The translations under genes were made by a program, and so were the position numbers. Under the pieces are notes generated by a model. It searched no databases. It was not told the origin of the DNA and saw nothing but the letters and a program-made list of their open reading frames with translations. Shown one piece after another: positions 42,673 through 60,296 of a stretch of 64,000 bases of DNA. The first letter of the stretch is position 1. Each line of letters begins with the position of its first letter. Origin of the DNA: the human T2T-CHM13v2.0 reference genome, Homo sapiens; assembly GCF_009914755.1 (NCBI RefSeq), contig NC_060935.1; one strand, written 5' to 3'.

Positions 42673-43637
42673 TCAGGGTTTCCTAGCATTCTTTGGCTCC
42701 TGGGGACATGCAATCTTGGTGATGGCTGCTTTGACATCCTTGTTCCTCAGTTTGTAGATGACAGGGTTGAGAACAGGTGTGAGAATGGCATATACCACAT
42801 TGCCCATGACGTGGAAGTCTAGGGGCAGGTCAGCCCTGTAGGCCACATAGGCTATGGCAATGGATGAATAGTAGGTGCCCACCACCAGGAGGTGGGAGCT
42901 GCAGGTGGAGAAGGCTTTGGAGCGTCCTTCTTGGCAGTTGATGCAAAGCACTGAGGTCAAGATGTGGGCATAGGAGAGAAGCACCAGCAGAAGGGGGAGG
43001 AAGGACACCACCATGGCGATGCAGAAGCCCATGAAGGTCTGGGGGTGGTGTCAGAGCAGGAGGCCTGGACCACAGCCAGGTGGTCACAGAAGCAGTGGTA
43101 GATGTGGACAATGATGTCAAATGCCATCTGGGAGGTCTGTACCACTGCTGGAATGGGCAGGAGGAGGGCAGTGAGCCAGGCACTGGTTGTCAAGACAGTG
43201 TTGGTCTGAGGGGTCATGAGGACAGGGTAGTGCAGTGGGCGGCAGATAGCCACATAGCGGTCATAGGCCATGACCACCAGGATGAAGGCTTCTGAGCAGG
43301 AGAAGCTGTGGAACAGGTACATCTGCAGGAAGCAGGCAGGGAAGCTGAGGAAGCTGTCCCCAAACAAGAACAGGGACAGCATCTTGGGGACAGTGGTTGT
43401 GGTAACAAGAATGTCCAAGGTGGAGAGGTTTATCAGGAAGAAGTACATGGGCTTGTGGAGGCTGGGCTTGGCCACCACAGCCACCAGGATAAAGGTATTA
43501 CCCATCAGGATGAGCACGTAGAGGAGGAGAAAGACAAAGAAAATAGGAAGGAAAAGGGATTTTGGCAGAGAGGGGATGCCCATAAGGTAGAAGGTGGTTG
43601 AGGAGTCCCCTGATCCATTACAGGTGATTGTTTCCAT
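42673..43637 (-). pseudogene. OR2AT2P: Olfactory receptor pseudogene, OR2AT subfamily, single frameshift
   Basis: ORFs 42957..43637 and 42673..43032 join into a full 7TM OR (LHKPMYFFL, MAYDRYVAIC, KAFSTCSSH, PVLNPVIY) colinear with OR2AT4. G5 at 43041-43045 versus G6 at 60662-60667. The symbol rests on recalled gene order and is less certain than the family call. Confidence 0.9.
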
Positions 43638-43698
43638 AGTGGGTTAAAGCTGGAGGCTCCGAAGTTGAGTACTGGGAACACCTGGGAACCAGGCCCAT

Positions 43699-43720
43699 CT
43701 GGAAGCCAAAACAACCAGAG
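43699..43720 (-). promoter_or_regulatory. Putative splice acceptor of the OR pseudogene coding exon
   Basis: Minus strand ggttgttttggcttccag|atg, 61 nt upstream of the CDS ATG; same spacing as in OR2AT4. Confidence 0.55.
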
Positions 43721-46700
43721 ATTCTGTAAGGAGAATTACTTAATGATCACTGTATAATAAATAGATAATGGGCTCTATCTTATCTAAAAATTCTTCATCC
43801 TATCCCAGAATTCTCTCTTTCCTTTTTAAATCAAGTATGGAAAAAGTACCTACAATATATAAATCGTGTTATTTGCTGGATATATAGTAGACAAGTTGGT
43901 GGGGCTGAAGAAAGACATTAAGCAATGAATCACATAATTATTTAATTGCAATTGTGTTAAGTGCTTTGGAAGAACTTCTAGTCCACTTTTCCATGTTCCA
44001 TATGATTATTTTGGGGATATCAGATCTCTTAAACCAGAACACCGAGTTCCTTTTTCTGTTGGCATTTGCTTTAAGTTTTTTAAAAATGGCATCTTTGTTA
44101 CCACATTGAATAGGGAGGGCTGATTTCTCCCAGGTTCACTGCAACATGCTGTCTTTCCATCATAATTATTAACTAGGGAATGGCTCCTTTCTGTCTTGTT
44201 TGCTTGGTGCAGTGGTTCTGCTATTTCCATCTAAGCTGAGTTCTCTGTATCCTGTCTCTGACTATGGGGCTCTTTGTTATGTTATAGGGAAGGGAGTGAC
44301 ACTGAAATGCTCTTGAAAGGACGAGTCATTCCTGACCGGGTTCCTGATAATGGCTTCTTCCACAGCTGGGCAACAACAGAGAATCCAAGACAGTCTCTGT
44401 AACTCCTTTGAGCTTCCCTCCCTGCTGGCTGCTGCAGCTCAGCTGTGCTCCTGTTTGACCACTGCATTCCCACTACCCAGTAGGCTTCTCTGCTTCTTTG
44501 CTAGTCAGAAAGTGTCATGGTAACCTGGGAAAACTTGGGAGGCATGATTGATAGAAAAGAACTAACTGGAGATCTGTTCGTAGTAGCTGCTCCGAGTCAA
44601 AAGAACCCCTTTCAGAACCAGGAATGAGTGCTTCAACCCACAGACGCAGGGATTTTGAGCTGAAGGAAAGTACTGATTCACCCTCTACTTTAGGCTTGTC
44701 TCTTGCGCTAAAGGACCCCCGGCACAGGTCTTTGTTGACATTTGTATCACTGCCTCGTTAATCCCAATGATTCCAGGAGCAGTTTCCACTAATTTTTCCC
44801 GAGTCACTTCTAATTTCCCATTCTTCTAACGAAACATCTCTCATGGATAAAACCACTAATGTGAAAAATGGAAAAGATGTTTATTTTCAAGTCCAACTAA
44901 TTTACCCCCCATAGTCCAGAGACCGATCACGGAAAGACCAGGGGCTTTCCCGGGTGCCACGGCCAGCTGGCTGCGGAGCCAGAAACACTGTGCCAGGACA
45001 GGGTTCTTTCTTTTATACGTGTTTCCTAAAGAATACAGAAGTCCAAGTTTCCAAGAGAAAATAATTTAAGACAAAGCTTTCTATTTCCCTTTTTTGTTTT
45101 CTAGTTGCTAACATCAAACAAAACTAAATTTCAAATTTTCCTCTAGGTTTCTATATGGTAGGTACTAAATCACTGTCTAGCAATGCAAATGCTTCTTTAA
45201 AATAATGTCGCAAGACCTGGCAAGAGTGAACTTGCTTTGTCCCAAGTTGAGAAGGTTATCCCTCAGTTAACCAGAACCCCATCCCAACAGATTCAGTAGC
45301 TAGGTTTTCCTCATACCCAAAGGGGGCAAACTGCACTTCCCTGGACATTGCTGCACTCAGAGAGTGAGTCATGGGCTGACTGTCCCCATGTTAGACAGAG
45401 TTGGGGGTCTGAGGGACAGAAACTCAGAAGGTCAAAGCCAGAGGGGCCCTTGGAGGCCATCCAGTCCAGCTGCCCCTCTTCCTCTCTCCTCTATCCACTG
45501 CTTTGCAGAAGGAGACATGGATGCTGAGACCCCCTGGTGGAGAGACAGCCTGAGGCTTTTCACAGCCAGGTGGTGCCGGACTACCCAACAGGCAGACCAG
45601 GCTTGGGTCACCAGCAAAGCAGAGGCACCAAAACTACTTCCTGAGAGAATTTAATATGTATTATTTCAAAGCACCATTCAACTAGCCCATCATAGGAAAT
45701 ATCAGAATTTGGCTGGACTTTCTGTACAATTTAGAGTTATTTTATTTTGAATTACATGCTATCTCTAAGTAATGCAGCCCTGTGCTTAGGGCTAAAAGGA
45801 CACTGTTTCCCAGGGCACAGAACTTGCCCAGCAGATCTTTCCAGTTAGGTTTGTCTATGAGCCAGTTACAGTGCTGGTTGGGGAAAGAGAAGGACAGAAA
45901 AACTGATCATCCAAATGTCATCCTGCACTTTCTGTACATCATCTCTCCCCATCAGACAGCTCTGCCAGGAAGTGCTTATGCCCCTTCCACTAATGAAGAA
46001 ACTGAGGGTCAGAGAAGGCCAGGCCCTCCTTCAGGGTCACAGCTGGTGAGGTGTGAGAGCAGAGGCTGCTCCTGGAGCCTGGCAACCCACAGTCCTGCCT
46101 CCTGGGCCAGCTCTGACACTCTCTTGCTGTGACTATGGGTCTTTGCTCATCCGTACAGTGAAGGGTTTGAGGAAATCATCTCTGAGAGGTTTCCAAATCA
46201 ATGAGCTATTTTCTGAGTGTCCCTCTGCATTTTGCAGAGTGGGGGTTCAGATACAGATGTCACATGACCCACACCTCTAAGGGTGAGGGCTCTCGCACTG
46301 AGGGAGCACTGCAGCAGAGCCAGGTTCTTGACCTTCATTATGTCATGTGCACCTTAGCGGTTACGTGTGCAGACTCGGGAGTCAACCCTTGCTCCTAACT
46401 CCAACTGTGTGACATTGAGCAAGTCACTTTCCCCTCTCTGAGCCTTTTGGCCCTGATCTGTGACCTCATGGGATTTTCTTTAGGTAGAGAACACTTAGGT
46501 ATGCTTACAAAGAGCCCGGAACATGGAAGAGCGCAAAGGTTGCTAATGTTTCCATTGGTTCCTGCTGTCATCAGCCTTTTCTCCCTGTGGGAAGGCCTTG
46601 GCCAAGAAGATTTGAATCTCATTTGTGAGTGCATCCATTGCCCAGGCCTGCCAGGATATCTGGCCAAAGGCCTCACAGTCCACACATGCACCTGGATCCC

Positions 46701-47469
46701 GGGCACCTTCCAACCTGGATCCTGGGTGCCTGCTCTGTGCATACCAAATGTGTCTTCCTGACCTCTGGCCCAGGTTTGTAGTCCCTGGACACCCTGGCCC
46801 TGTCTTCCCATCCCAGATTTCTCTGCCTATCTCTGGGCACTCCGTCTCCAGCAATGTTCACCTGTTGAGCCTGATCCACACTGGTGTCTCCTGTGTTCCT
46901 CCATGTGAGGCCTTGGAGGAGGTGGCAGGCTGGGGCTGAGCCATGGCCCATTAAAGCCTCAGGCCCCTCTTTTCTGGCAGGCCTCCTGGGGTACTTTCTC
47001 TCAATGGTGCTTCCATGGGGTGCCACACTTACCAACCCTCAGGGATCAACTCTCTGGCATCTCCTTCAGCTTGTATGTGATAGAAGTGGTATTTGTCTCT
47101 AGGCTTTGCAAATAATAACAAGATCATTACTAACAGCCCTCAAGGGTCCAAAACTTTACACGAATGGTGTAGCCTTTATCCTCATTATCCTCTCTGGTCC
47201 TCACAACAGCAGAGAAGACAGGAATTAACAATAGGGTATACAGGAAGTCCAAGAGAAAGAAAATGAGGTCTAGGATGTGAAACAGCTTGTCCATATTAAC
47301 ACTGGTGGCTAGAGGAAGAACTAGAATTTAGACCTAGGGCTTTATTCCCTGCCTAGTGCCTTGACAGCTTCAACAGAAGTATATAATGATCAAGAAGATG
47401 GGGCCTGGAGCTATTACATATTAAAGATCCTCCTTTATTGGTTTGCTGGGTTTCCACTTACTTTTCTAA

Positions 47470-49400
47470 TTGTACACAGAAGTACTAATATGCACTTCAG
47501 AGAAGTGCTTTATTCCAGAAATACCTCCTCTTCCTCCCATTATGTAGTCACAACCCTCCTTTCTCTTTCTAATCAGATGTATTCATTGTACCCTTCTTTG
47601 CCAGTTAATTCAGTGGCATGGGGAGCCCCAAAAGTTCAGGTGGCAATCTCCGCTTCCAGTTCAATGAAATGATTATTTCACTCCTGGTAGACTTATTCCA
47701 TGCTTAGGAACTAAAATGCATAAACTGGCAGAATCCAAAGTTAGGGAGGAGGAAGCATGTACTTTGATTCTCCTTTTTTCCCCCCCCCAATTCCCTTTCA
47801 GGTTCTATGTATTTTAGAACTGGGTTCTTAGGGGTAATAAGAGGAAGCACTCCCACCTCCTACCTTGGTTCTCAGACCTGTGTATTCTGGCTAGACAGGA
47901 AACTGCTCTATATATTGGATACTGGTTACAAGTATGTATTTCAGCTTATAAGACAGCACCCAAGCCCTTTGAGATATTATCACCCAGCCAACACCCAAAA
48001 CTAAGTCTCAATAAGTTATTCCTCTAGTCTAGCAGGCCACCTGCTTCTGAGTGATGGGGTGCATTGTAAGATCAGTGATTCCATGGGCATGAGACTTACT
48101 GCTTCACTTATTTTGCCATAAAATTGATTTTTTTTGTCAAAAGCATGGTCATATGGGATAGTATCATGATGATAAGGCATTTATTAAATCTATAGAAAGT
48201 GATAATAGAAGAAACATTGTAAGTAAGAAAGGCAAATTCATATCCAGAATAGGTTTCTATTCCAATAAAGATAAACCACTGCCCTGTCAATAATGGAAGG
48301 GATCCAGTGTGTTCATCCTGTCACCCATAGCTGGCCAGTTTCCTTGGCCAATGGTTCATATCATAGGCTCAGTGTTGGTCTTTTGTTGCTGACACATTGG
48401 ATACTTAGCAGAAGCTAAGCCAGACCAGCCTTTATGAATCCATGCACAACTTCCTTCCTTGTCACTGTGCCTTTTATTCATGAATCTATTGAGCAAACAC
48501 TGAAGCATCTAGGAAAGAGAGTCTAACTGATTTTCATGAATGGATCATCTTATCTACCTGATTTTGCCTACTCTTGTTGATTTTGGAGATCTTTTTCTGC
48601 CATGATATCCTCTGGTAAATAGTCACATGGCATACAAATATCTTCACAATTTGTACCCATTCTTAGAGGTCTACCACCTTAAACCTTCTCCATACCTCCT
48701 CTCCACCAATCTTCTTCTTTCCAAGTACTTGAATATCCCAGCAAAACCATTAGCTTTTGCCCATACTCTGGTATGGATCCATACCTCTTTCCATTTCACT
48801 TTTCAGGTGAGATGAACTTACCAGGGTGAAAAAACAGATGCACTGCCAAAGGTTCTGCCTACTGGCAGGATTTACCTTGTTGGCGATCCTTCAGGGCCCT
48901 CCTAAATGGGGCTGCAATGCAGCAGCAGTCCACTCAGGTGGCCCAGCATATTTTGAAGAAACATTTGTAAACCAGGCTTGAATGTTTTTATTCGTCAGGG
49001 AATTGGTTATAGGGAACTTCCCATGAGATCATATGTTAGAGTTGATGGAAAGTTGCCAACACAGCAAGACTGGGTGTCATGGGAGCGTGAGCTGCCTACT
49101 CACTCAATTTAATCGCTCCTTCGAGATCTGCTTGAGCGTAATAAAATAACATTTATTACTTACATTTGAAGAAGGGATGTTTCTGTACATGTTCAATTTT
49201 ATATTTGGTTTGTTCAAATTAATATCCAACTCATAAGGAACAGCGTGGGACTCATATTTATTCAGTGTTCCCTGGTCAGCCATTCAGTCTGCTCCAGGAC
49301 CAGGCACTATTTTTCAGAAGGAGAATAGTTAACTACAGAAAAAAGCATGAATTTGCTCTAAAATCCAAGTGGGCTGTGCTGTGATTCAATAGTGCATGTT
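47470..49400 (-). mobile_element. Ancient ERVL/MaLR-class internal (pol/integrase) remnant
   Basis: ORF 48108..48290 (GQWFIFIGIETYSGYEFAF) resembles the ERVL integrase motif GQRFVLTGIDTYSGYGFAF. Boundaries approximate. Confidence 0.6.
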
Positions 49401-49419
49401 ACCTCAAAAATTCAAAGGG

Positions 49420-49730
<311 letters not shown>

Positions 49731-50105
49731 TTAAGTTTTGTCTATGACAGTGTGGCTTCTCTGGGACTAAACTTTCTGCCAAAAACAACTGTAAAAGCTG
49801 GACATATGTAAAACAATGGTCTGAAGACCTCAGAGAGCAACCAATGGCAGGTCTTGAAGGACTGCAGTCCTTGAGAGAGGAGTCACATGAGGCTAGTTCC
49901 ACCTGACTCCAGCTTTTTATCCTAAGGTATTTCCCAGCTTGCAGGATGGGAAAGTAGAACCCAATTAGGAAACACAAGCCCCACTGTTTGGAGTTTAGGT
50001 TACCAAAGTGACTGGAACTTAAGAGGCAAATTCTAGGAGAGGATGACACTGCAGAGAAGGAATGCCAAAACCTGTGTGTCAGGAATTTTATAAAATCATT
50101 ATTTA

Positions 50106-51773
<1,668 letters not shown>

Positions 51774-51821
51774 ATAATTATTATTGATAGTTGGGATGAG
51801 AAACACATGGGATTTCTGTGT

Positions 51822-53014
<1,193 letters not shown>

Positions 53015-53848
53015 TAGACAAATAGTAGGGCTTTAACTTTCTTTTTGTTGTCAAAATCTGGTGTTGGCATACCTTTTCTCTAATTTGAACTGGTATTGCT
53101 TATGTTTGATACAGCATTAAGGAATTTGATGATTTTTGTTTTCAAAAAAATGAAATTAAATTCACAAAAATGAAATTAATTAGTCATTTTTCAGAGAAAT
53201 GACATTAAGTGCAATAATTTTATTTATCATAAAGATTTTGTACATCATTACAACATCATGTTGTAATGTTATAACATGTATAAACATTGAAAATCAACTT
53301 TAAATACACAATCCCATTTATAATAGCCACACACAAGCACAAGAAACCTAGGAATACACCTAACCAAAGAGGTGAAAGATCTCTACAAGAAGAACTCAAA
53401 ACATTGCTGAAAAAACTATAGATGAAACAAAGAAATGGACAAACATTCCATGCTCATGAATTGGAAGAATCAACAACACTAAAATGACCATACTGCCCAC
53501 AGCAATATACAGATTGAATGCTATTCCTCTCAAACTACCAACATCATTTTTTTCACAGAATTAGAAAAAAAGCTATTCTTAAATTCACATGGAACCAAAA
53601 AAGAGCCCAAATAGCCAAAGCAATCCTAAGCAAAAAGAACAAAGCTGGAGGCATCACATTACCTGACTTGAAACTCTAAGGCTACAGTAATCAAAACAGC
53701 ATGATATTGGCATAAGAACAGACACATAGACCAATGGAACAGAATACAGAACCCAGAAATAAAGCTGCATACCTACAGCCATATGATCTTCAAAAAAGTC
53801 AGCAAAAATAAGTATGGGAAAAGGACTCCCTCTTCAATAAATAGTGCT

Positions 53849-54013
53849 GGGGTGGGGGAGTGGGGAGGGATAGCATTAGGAGATATATCTAATGTAAATG
53901 ATGAGTTAGTGGGTGCAGCACACCAACATGGCACACGTATACATATGTAACAAACCTGCACGTTTTGCACATGTACCCTAAAACTTAAAGTATAATAAAA
54001 TAAATAAATAAAT
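53849..54013 (+). mobile_element. Very short L1PA 3'-end insertion inside an older L1
   Basis: Last about 150 nt of an L1PA 3' UTR plus a (taaa)n tail. TSD aataaatagtgct(g/a)g. Confidence 0.88.
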
Positions 54014-54345
54014 AAATAAATAGTGCTAGGATAGCTGGCTAGCCATATGCAGAAGAATGAAACTGCACCCCTACCTTTCACCATAAACAAAAATTAACTC
54101 AAGATAGATTAAAGATTTAAATGTAAAGATCTCAAAGTATAAGAATCCTAGAAGAAAACCTAGGAAACACCATTCTAAATATTGGCCTTGGGAAAGAATT
54201 TATGACTAAGTCCTGAAAAACAACTGCAACAAAAACGAAAATTGACAAGTGGAACCTAATTAAACTAAACAGTTTCTGCACAGCGAAAGAAACTATCAAA
54301 AGAGTAAACAGACAACCTACAGAATGGGAGAAAATATTTGTAAAC

Positions 54346-54679
<334 letters not shown>

Positions 54680-55235
54680 GAATATTTGCAAACTATGTAT
54701 CTGACAAAGGTCTAGTATTCAGAATCTATAAGGAACTTAATTCAATAAGCAAAAACCAAATAATACCATTAAAAAGTGGGCAAAACACATAAACAGACAC
54801 TTCTAAAAAGAAGACATATAAGCAGCCAACAGACATGAAAAAATGCTCAACATCACTAATCATCAGAGAAGTGCAAATCAAAACCATGAGATATTATCTC
54901 ATACCAGTCAGAATGGCTATCATTAAAGTCAAAGAAGAACAGGTGCTGACCAGGCTGTAGAGAAAATGGAATGCTTATACACTGTTGGTGAGAATGTAAA
55001 TTAGTTCAGCCACTGTGGAAAGTGGTTTGGCAATTTCTCAAAGAACATAAAATAGAGCTATCATTTGACCCAGCAATCTCATTACTGGGTATATATCCAA
55101 AAGAAAATACGTTATTCTATCAAAAGACACATGCACTCATATGTTCATTGCATTAGTATTCACAATAGTAAAAACATGGATTCAACCTAGGTGCCCATCA
55201 GCGGTGGGCTGGGTAAAGAAAATTGGTCCAAATAT

Positions 55236-55644
<409 letters not shown>

Positions 55645-55915
55645 TCAGAAAACCATGTACTGCATGTTCTCACTTATAAGTGGGAGCTAAACATTGGGTA
55701 CTTATGCTCATAAAGATGGCAACAATAGACACTGGGGACTAATAGAGGGTGGAGGGAGGGTAGCGAGGTTTGTAAAACTACCTGCTGCGTACTATGCTCA
55801 CTATCTGGGTGACGGGATCATTCATATCCCAAACCTCAGCATCATGAAATGTACCCATGTCACAAACCTGCATGTGTACCCCCTGAATCTAAAAAGTGGA
55901 AATTTTCTTACAAAC

Positions 55916-58890
55916 TGGTGAAATTGAAGGGAGAAATGGACAAATCCATAATTATTGTTAGAAACTTTAATATTTCCCTTTCAGGAATTGATCAAGCAGA
56001 TAGAAAATCAGTTAAGATATAGAAGGTCTAAACAGCACTATCAAACAACTAGACCTAATTGACATTTATAGAACACTCCACATAATAGCAGAATACACTT
56101 CCAAGGGTGCACAGAACATTCACCAAGGTAGGTCATATTTTAGGCCACTAAAAAATTTAAAAGAATAGGCCATTAAAAAAATTTAAAAGAATAGAAAAGC
56201 TTTTTAAACAATAGTAATCATACAAAGCATATTCTTGAACCATAAGGGAATTAAACTAGACAGGAGTAACAGAAAGTGATTGGGAAAATCTTCCAAATAT
56301 TCTGAAATTAAATAAAAACACTTTGAAATAAGCATGGGTCAATTAGGATGTTTTAGGGGAAATTTAAAATACATTTGGAATAAAATGAAAATAAAAATGC
56401 AACATATTAAAATTCGTGTGAAGTTGCTAATGCAGGAGCTATTGGGAAATGTACAGACTTCAATGCTTACATTGAAAAATAAAAGTCTCGTATCAATGAT
56501 CTAATCTCCCATGTCAGGAAATTAGAAAAATGATCAAATTAAACCCAAAGTATGTAGAAGGAAAAAAAATATAAAGATTAGAGGAAGAATCAATAAAATT
56601 GAAAACAGGAAAATGAGAAGAAACAAACTAAATGCTGATTCTTTGAAAAATCAGTAAATTGGTAAACCTATAGCTAAACTGACCAAGAAAAAATCACAGA
56701 AAACACAAATTGCCAATATTAGGAATGAAAGAGGAGACATCACAGACATTAAAAGGATAATAAGGGAACAGTACAAACAACTCTATGTTTATAAATTCTA
56801 AAATTTGGACAAAATGGACAAATTTCTTAAAAGGCAGAAATTATAAAGTTCATTCAAAAAGAAATAGATAATGGAAAAATTTCTATATCTATTAAATAGT
56901 TAATTTTGTAGTTAAAAACTTCCTGAAAGAAAATTCCAGGCCCTGGAAATTTTACAGGCAAATTCTACCAAATATTTAAGGAAGAAATAGCACCAATTCT
57001 ATACAATGTTTTTGAGAATGTAGAAGAGACGGGAAAGCTTCCTAATTCATTTTATGAGGCCAGCATTTATCTAATACCAAACCAGACAAAGAAATTACAA
57101 GAAAACTACACTCTGGTATCTCTCATAAATATTGATGCAAAAATCCTGAACAAAATATTCACAAGTCAAATCTAGTAATATATAAAGGGCAAAACATGTC
57201 ACAACCAAATGGGGTTCATCCCAGGAATGCAGTTTGTAATGAATAAAATTAAAGAGCTAAGTAAATGGAGAGATATATTATATTCATGGAATGGAAGACT
57301 CGACATTGTTAAAATGACAACTGTCCCAAATTTAATCTATAGATTTAACATAGTCCCTCCCCTCCCCAAATCCCAGTAACTTGGTTCTAAAATTTATATC
57401 AAAAAGCAAAGGAACTAGAATAACCAAACAACTGCAAAAAAATTAATAAAGTCAGAGGAGTCACATTATGGAATTTCAACATTGACTATAAAGCTACAGT
57501 ATTCAAGACCGTGTGGTATCGGTAAAGGATAGACATATATATCAGTGGAACAGAATAGAGAGCCCACAAATAGATACACACAAATATAATCAACTGATAT
57601 TTGACAAAAGTGTAAAGGCAATTTGATAGATAAAGAATGGTTTATAACAAATGGTGCTGGAATGATTGTATGTTCATATGCACACAAAAAAAGAATCTCA
57701 ACCTAAACCTCACACCTTACCCAAGAATTAACTCAAAATTGTTCATAGAATGAAATCAAAAATAGAAAACTTCTAGAAACTTCGTTTTCTATAGGGCAAA
57801 ATCTGCATGACCTTTGGTTTGGTGATGAGTATTTAGATATGTTATCAAACAGCATAATCCATAAGGGAAAAATGATAAGTTAGGCTTTATCAAAATTGAA
57901 AACCTCTGCTCTGCAAAAGACACTGTAAGCGAATTCAAAGGCTAGTCATTGACTGGGGAAACTACTTGTATATCAAATATCTAATAATGAATTTGTACCT
58001 AGAATATACAAAGAACACTTGAAATTCAATGGTATGAAAACAAACAACCTGGATTAAAAAGCAGGCAAAAGATCTGGACAGACTTCACCAAAAAAGATAT
58101 ATGGATAGAAAATGAGCACATGAAAGATGGTCAACACAATTAGTCATAGGGAAATGTAATTAAATTAAATTACAACCACAATAAGATACCACTACATACC
58201 TGTTAGAATGACATCCCCCACCAGAGTGGTTACATTTGTTACATTCAAGCCTACATTGACACATCATTATGACCCAAAGCCCATAGTATACACTTGGTGT
58301 AGTACATTCTATGAGTCTTGACAAATATATAACATGTATCCACCATTATAGTATCATACAGAATAGTTTCACTGTCCTAAAAGCCCTCCGTGTTCTGCCT
58401 ATTAATCCCTCCCTTCTCCTAGTCTCCCTGGCAGCCCCTGAGCTCTTTACTGTCTTCATAGTTTTGCCTTTTCCAGAATGTCATACAGTTAAAATCATAC
58501 ATTATGTAACCTTTTTAGATTGGCTTCTTTCACTTAGCCATATGCATTTAAATTTACTATTGACTCTTCAAAAGTGTCAAGGTCATGAAAGATAAGGAAA
58601 GACCAATAAAATGTCAGGCAACTAAGAAGATATAATAAAATGCAATGTGGCATTCTGATTGGATCCTGGAATGGAAAGAAGACATTACTGGAAAAACTGG
58701 AGAAATTTGAATAAAGTCTCTAGTATAATTAATAGTACGTATTTTACAAATGTTAACTTCTTACTTTTGATAAATGTATCATGGTTATGTAAGATGTTGA
58801 CACAGAGGAAGTTAGGTGAAGGATATATGGGAACTCTCATACTATCTTTGAAACTCTCTGTAAATATAAAACCATGCATGGTAAAATAAA
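55916..58890 (+). mobile_element. Old L1M ORF2 and 3' UTR segments (antisense L1MC piece at about 58215-58555)
   Basis: Degenerate EN/RT-region motifs (gacctaattgacatttatagaacactcca; gatgcaaaaatcctgaacaaaatatt). Confidence 0.75.
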
Positions 58891-58983
58891 ATGATAAAAA
58901 TGGTTTTGGTTATACGAACATATAATTTATCTAATATATATTAAAGAAGTAAAACTATAATATTCATGTTTTTAAAACTACTC

Positions 58984-59160
58984 TAGCTGGGGGTAGTGGT
59001 GCATGTGCCTGTGGTCCCAGCTACTCAGGGAGCTGAGGTGGGAGGATCACTTGAGCCCTAGCGGTCAAGGCTGCAATGAGCCGAGATAGCGCCACTGCAC
59101 TCCAGCCTGGGTGACAGAGCAAGGCCTCTTCTCAGAACAGACAAACAACAACAACAACAA
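58984..59160 (+). mobile_element. FRAM/AluJ right monomer
   Basis: Monomer with (caa)n tail. Flanking repeat aaaact(a/c)ctc. Confidence 0.85.
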
Positions 59161-59329
59161 AAACTCCTCAATGTAGTTTAAGATGTGATTTTTCTTGTCC
59201 TTTTAATACATCCCTTTTAGGATGTATAGTCAAAACATTGTGTAAAAGTCACTTACAGTAATTTTCTTTGTGGTCATGCCACTAACTTGAGAGACAGCCA
59301 GGGTCAAGTGCTTCTGTTTATTTTAAATT

Positions 59330-60150
59330 GAGGGAATTGTGGGGTTTTTCTTTCTGATTTCTTTGAACTATGTAAAAATAATTACATATGTCTAGACTTG
59401 CTTCCATTCTGGTCCTCTCCTTCCTGTTCCTTGCCTCTCCTTATAGATAACCATCTTTATGAGTTCACATTTTCCCTCTAGTTTTTTCCTGAAATTTTAA
59501 GCAAACTATCTCCTTTCTTACAAAAACACTTTTCTGCAGCTTGCTTTTTTTCACTTAACACATATCCTAGAGATGATATCATATCAGTAGAGAGCTTCCT
59601 TATTTCCTTTTTATTACTGCATCATGCATTTTTATGGTTTATTCAATCAGTTCCCTGTATAGTGATGAATACGTAACCTAATGAATGATTGATGGTGACT
59701 CCTCGGGATAGATCCCTAGAAGTGATACTGCTGAGTCAAAGGGTAAATGCATATGTAATTTTGGTAGGTATTGCGGTAGTGTTATACCAGTTTGCATCCT
59801 CACAAGCAAGTTATAAAAGTTCTGTTTTTCTACATGCATATTGTCAAAATATTGGATTTTTGCTAATCTGCTAATCTGATTAAGTGAAAAATAACATTTC
59901 AGCACAATTTAAATTCGTATTCTTTTTATATAGTAAATACTCATTATTTAAAGGCCACTGCATTTTTTTTTATTTGTCTACACATATATTTTGCCCATGT
60001 TTTTATTGAAATGTTTATTTCAATCTTCTACATTCTTTGTATAATATGAATATTTGCCTTTCCCTGTGATACGTTTTTTATTTGTTTTTTGACTTTGCTT
60101 TTAAGAATTTTTTGCCATGAAGATTTTTTTTTTATTTTAGTAAAGGTTTC
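59330..60150 (-). mobile_element. Degraded L1ME 3' region
   Basis: ctagaagtgatactgctgagtcaaagggtaaatgcat motif. Confidence 0.55.
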
Positions 60151-60296
60151 TTGAATTACTAAGTAGTAAAATTTTATACAACAACTTAAGATTCCAATAA
60201 AAATTAACATTATTTCATTATCATGTATTGAGTCCTTTCTCTGTGCTAAGCACTGTTATTTGGTGTCCTGGAAGCAGAGTTAGCTGCATTTAAAGG

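Noticed and set aside
43270-43521. Antisense 83-aa ORF conserved with 60892..61143
   Set aside because: A by-product of OR coding conservation on the opposite strand.
45364-47102. Cluster of overlapping 60-140 aa ORFs (likewise 2973-4041)
   Set aside because: GC-richer sequence with few stops. No domain similarity or consistent strand, and MIR pieces are interspersed.
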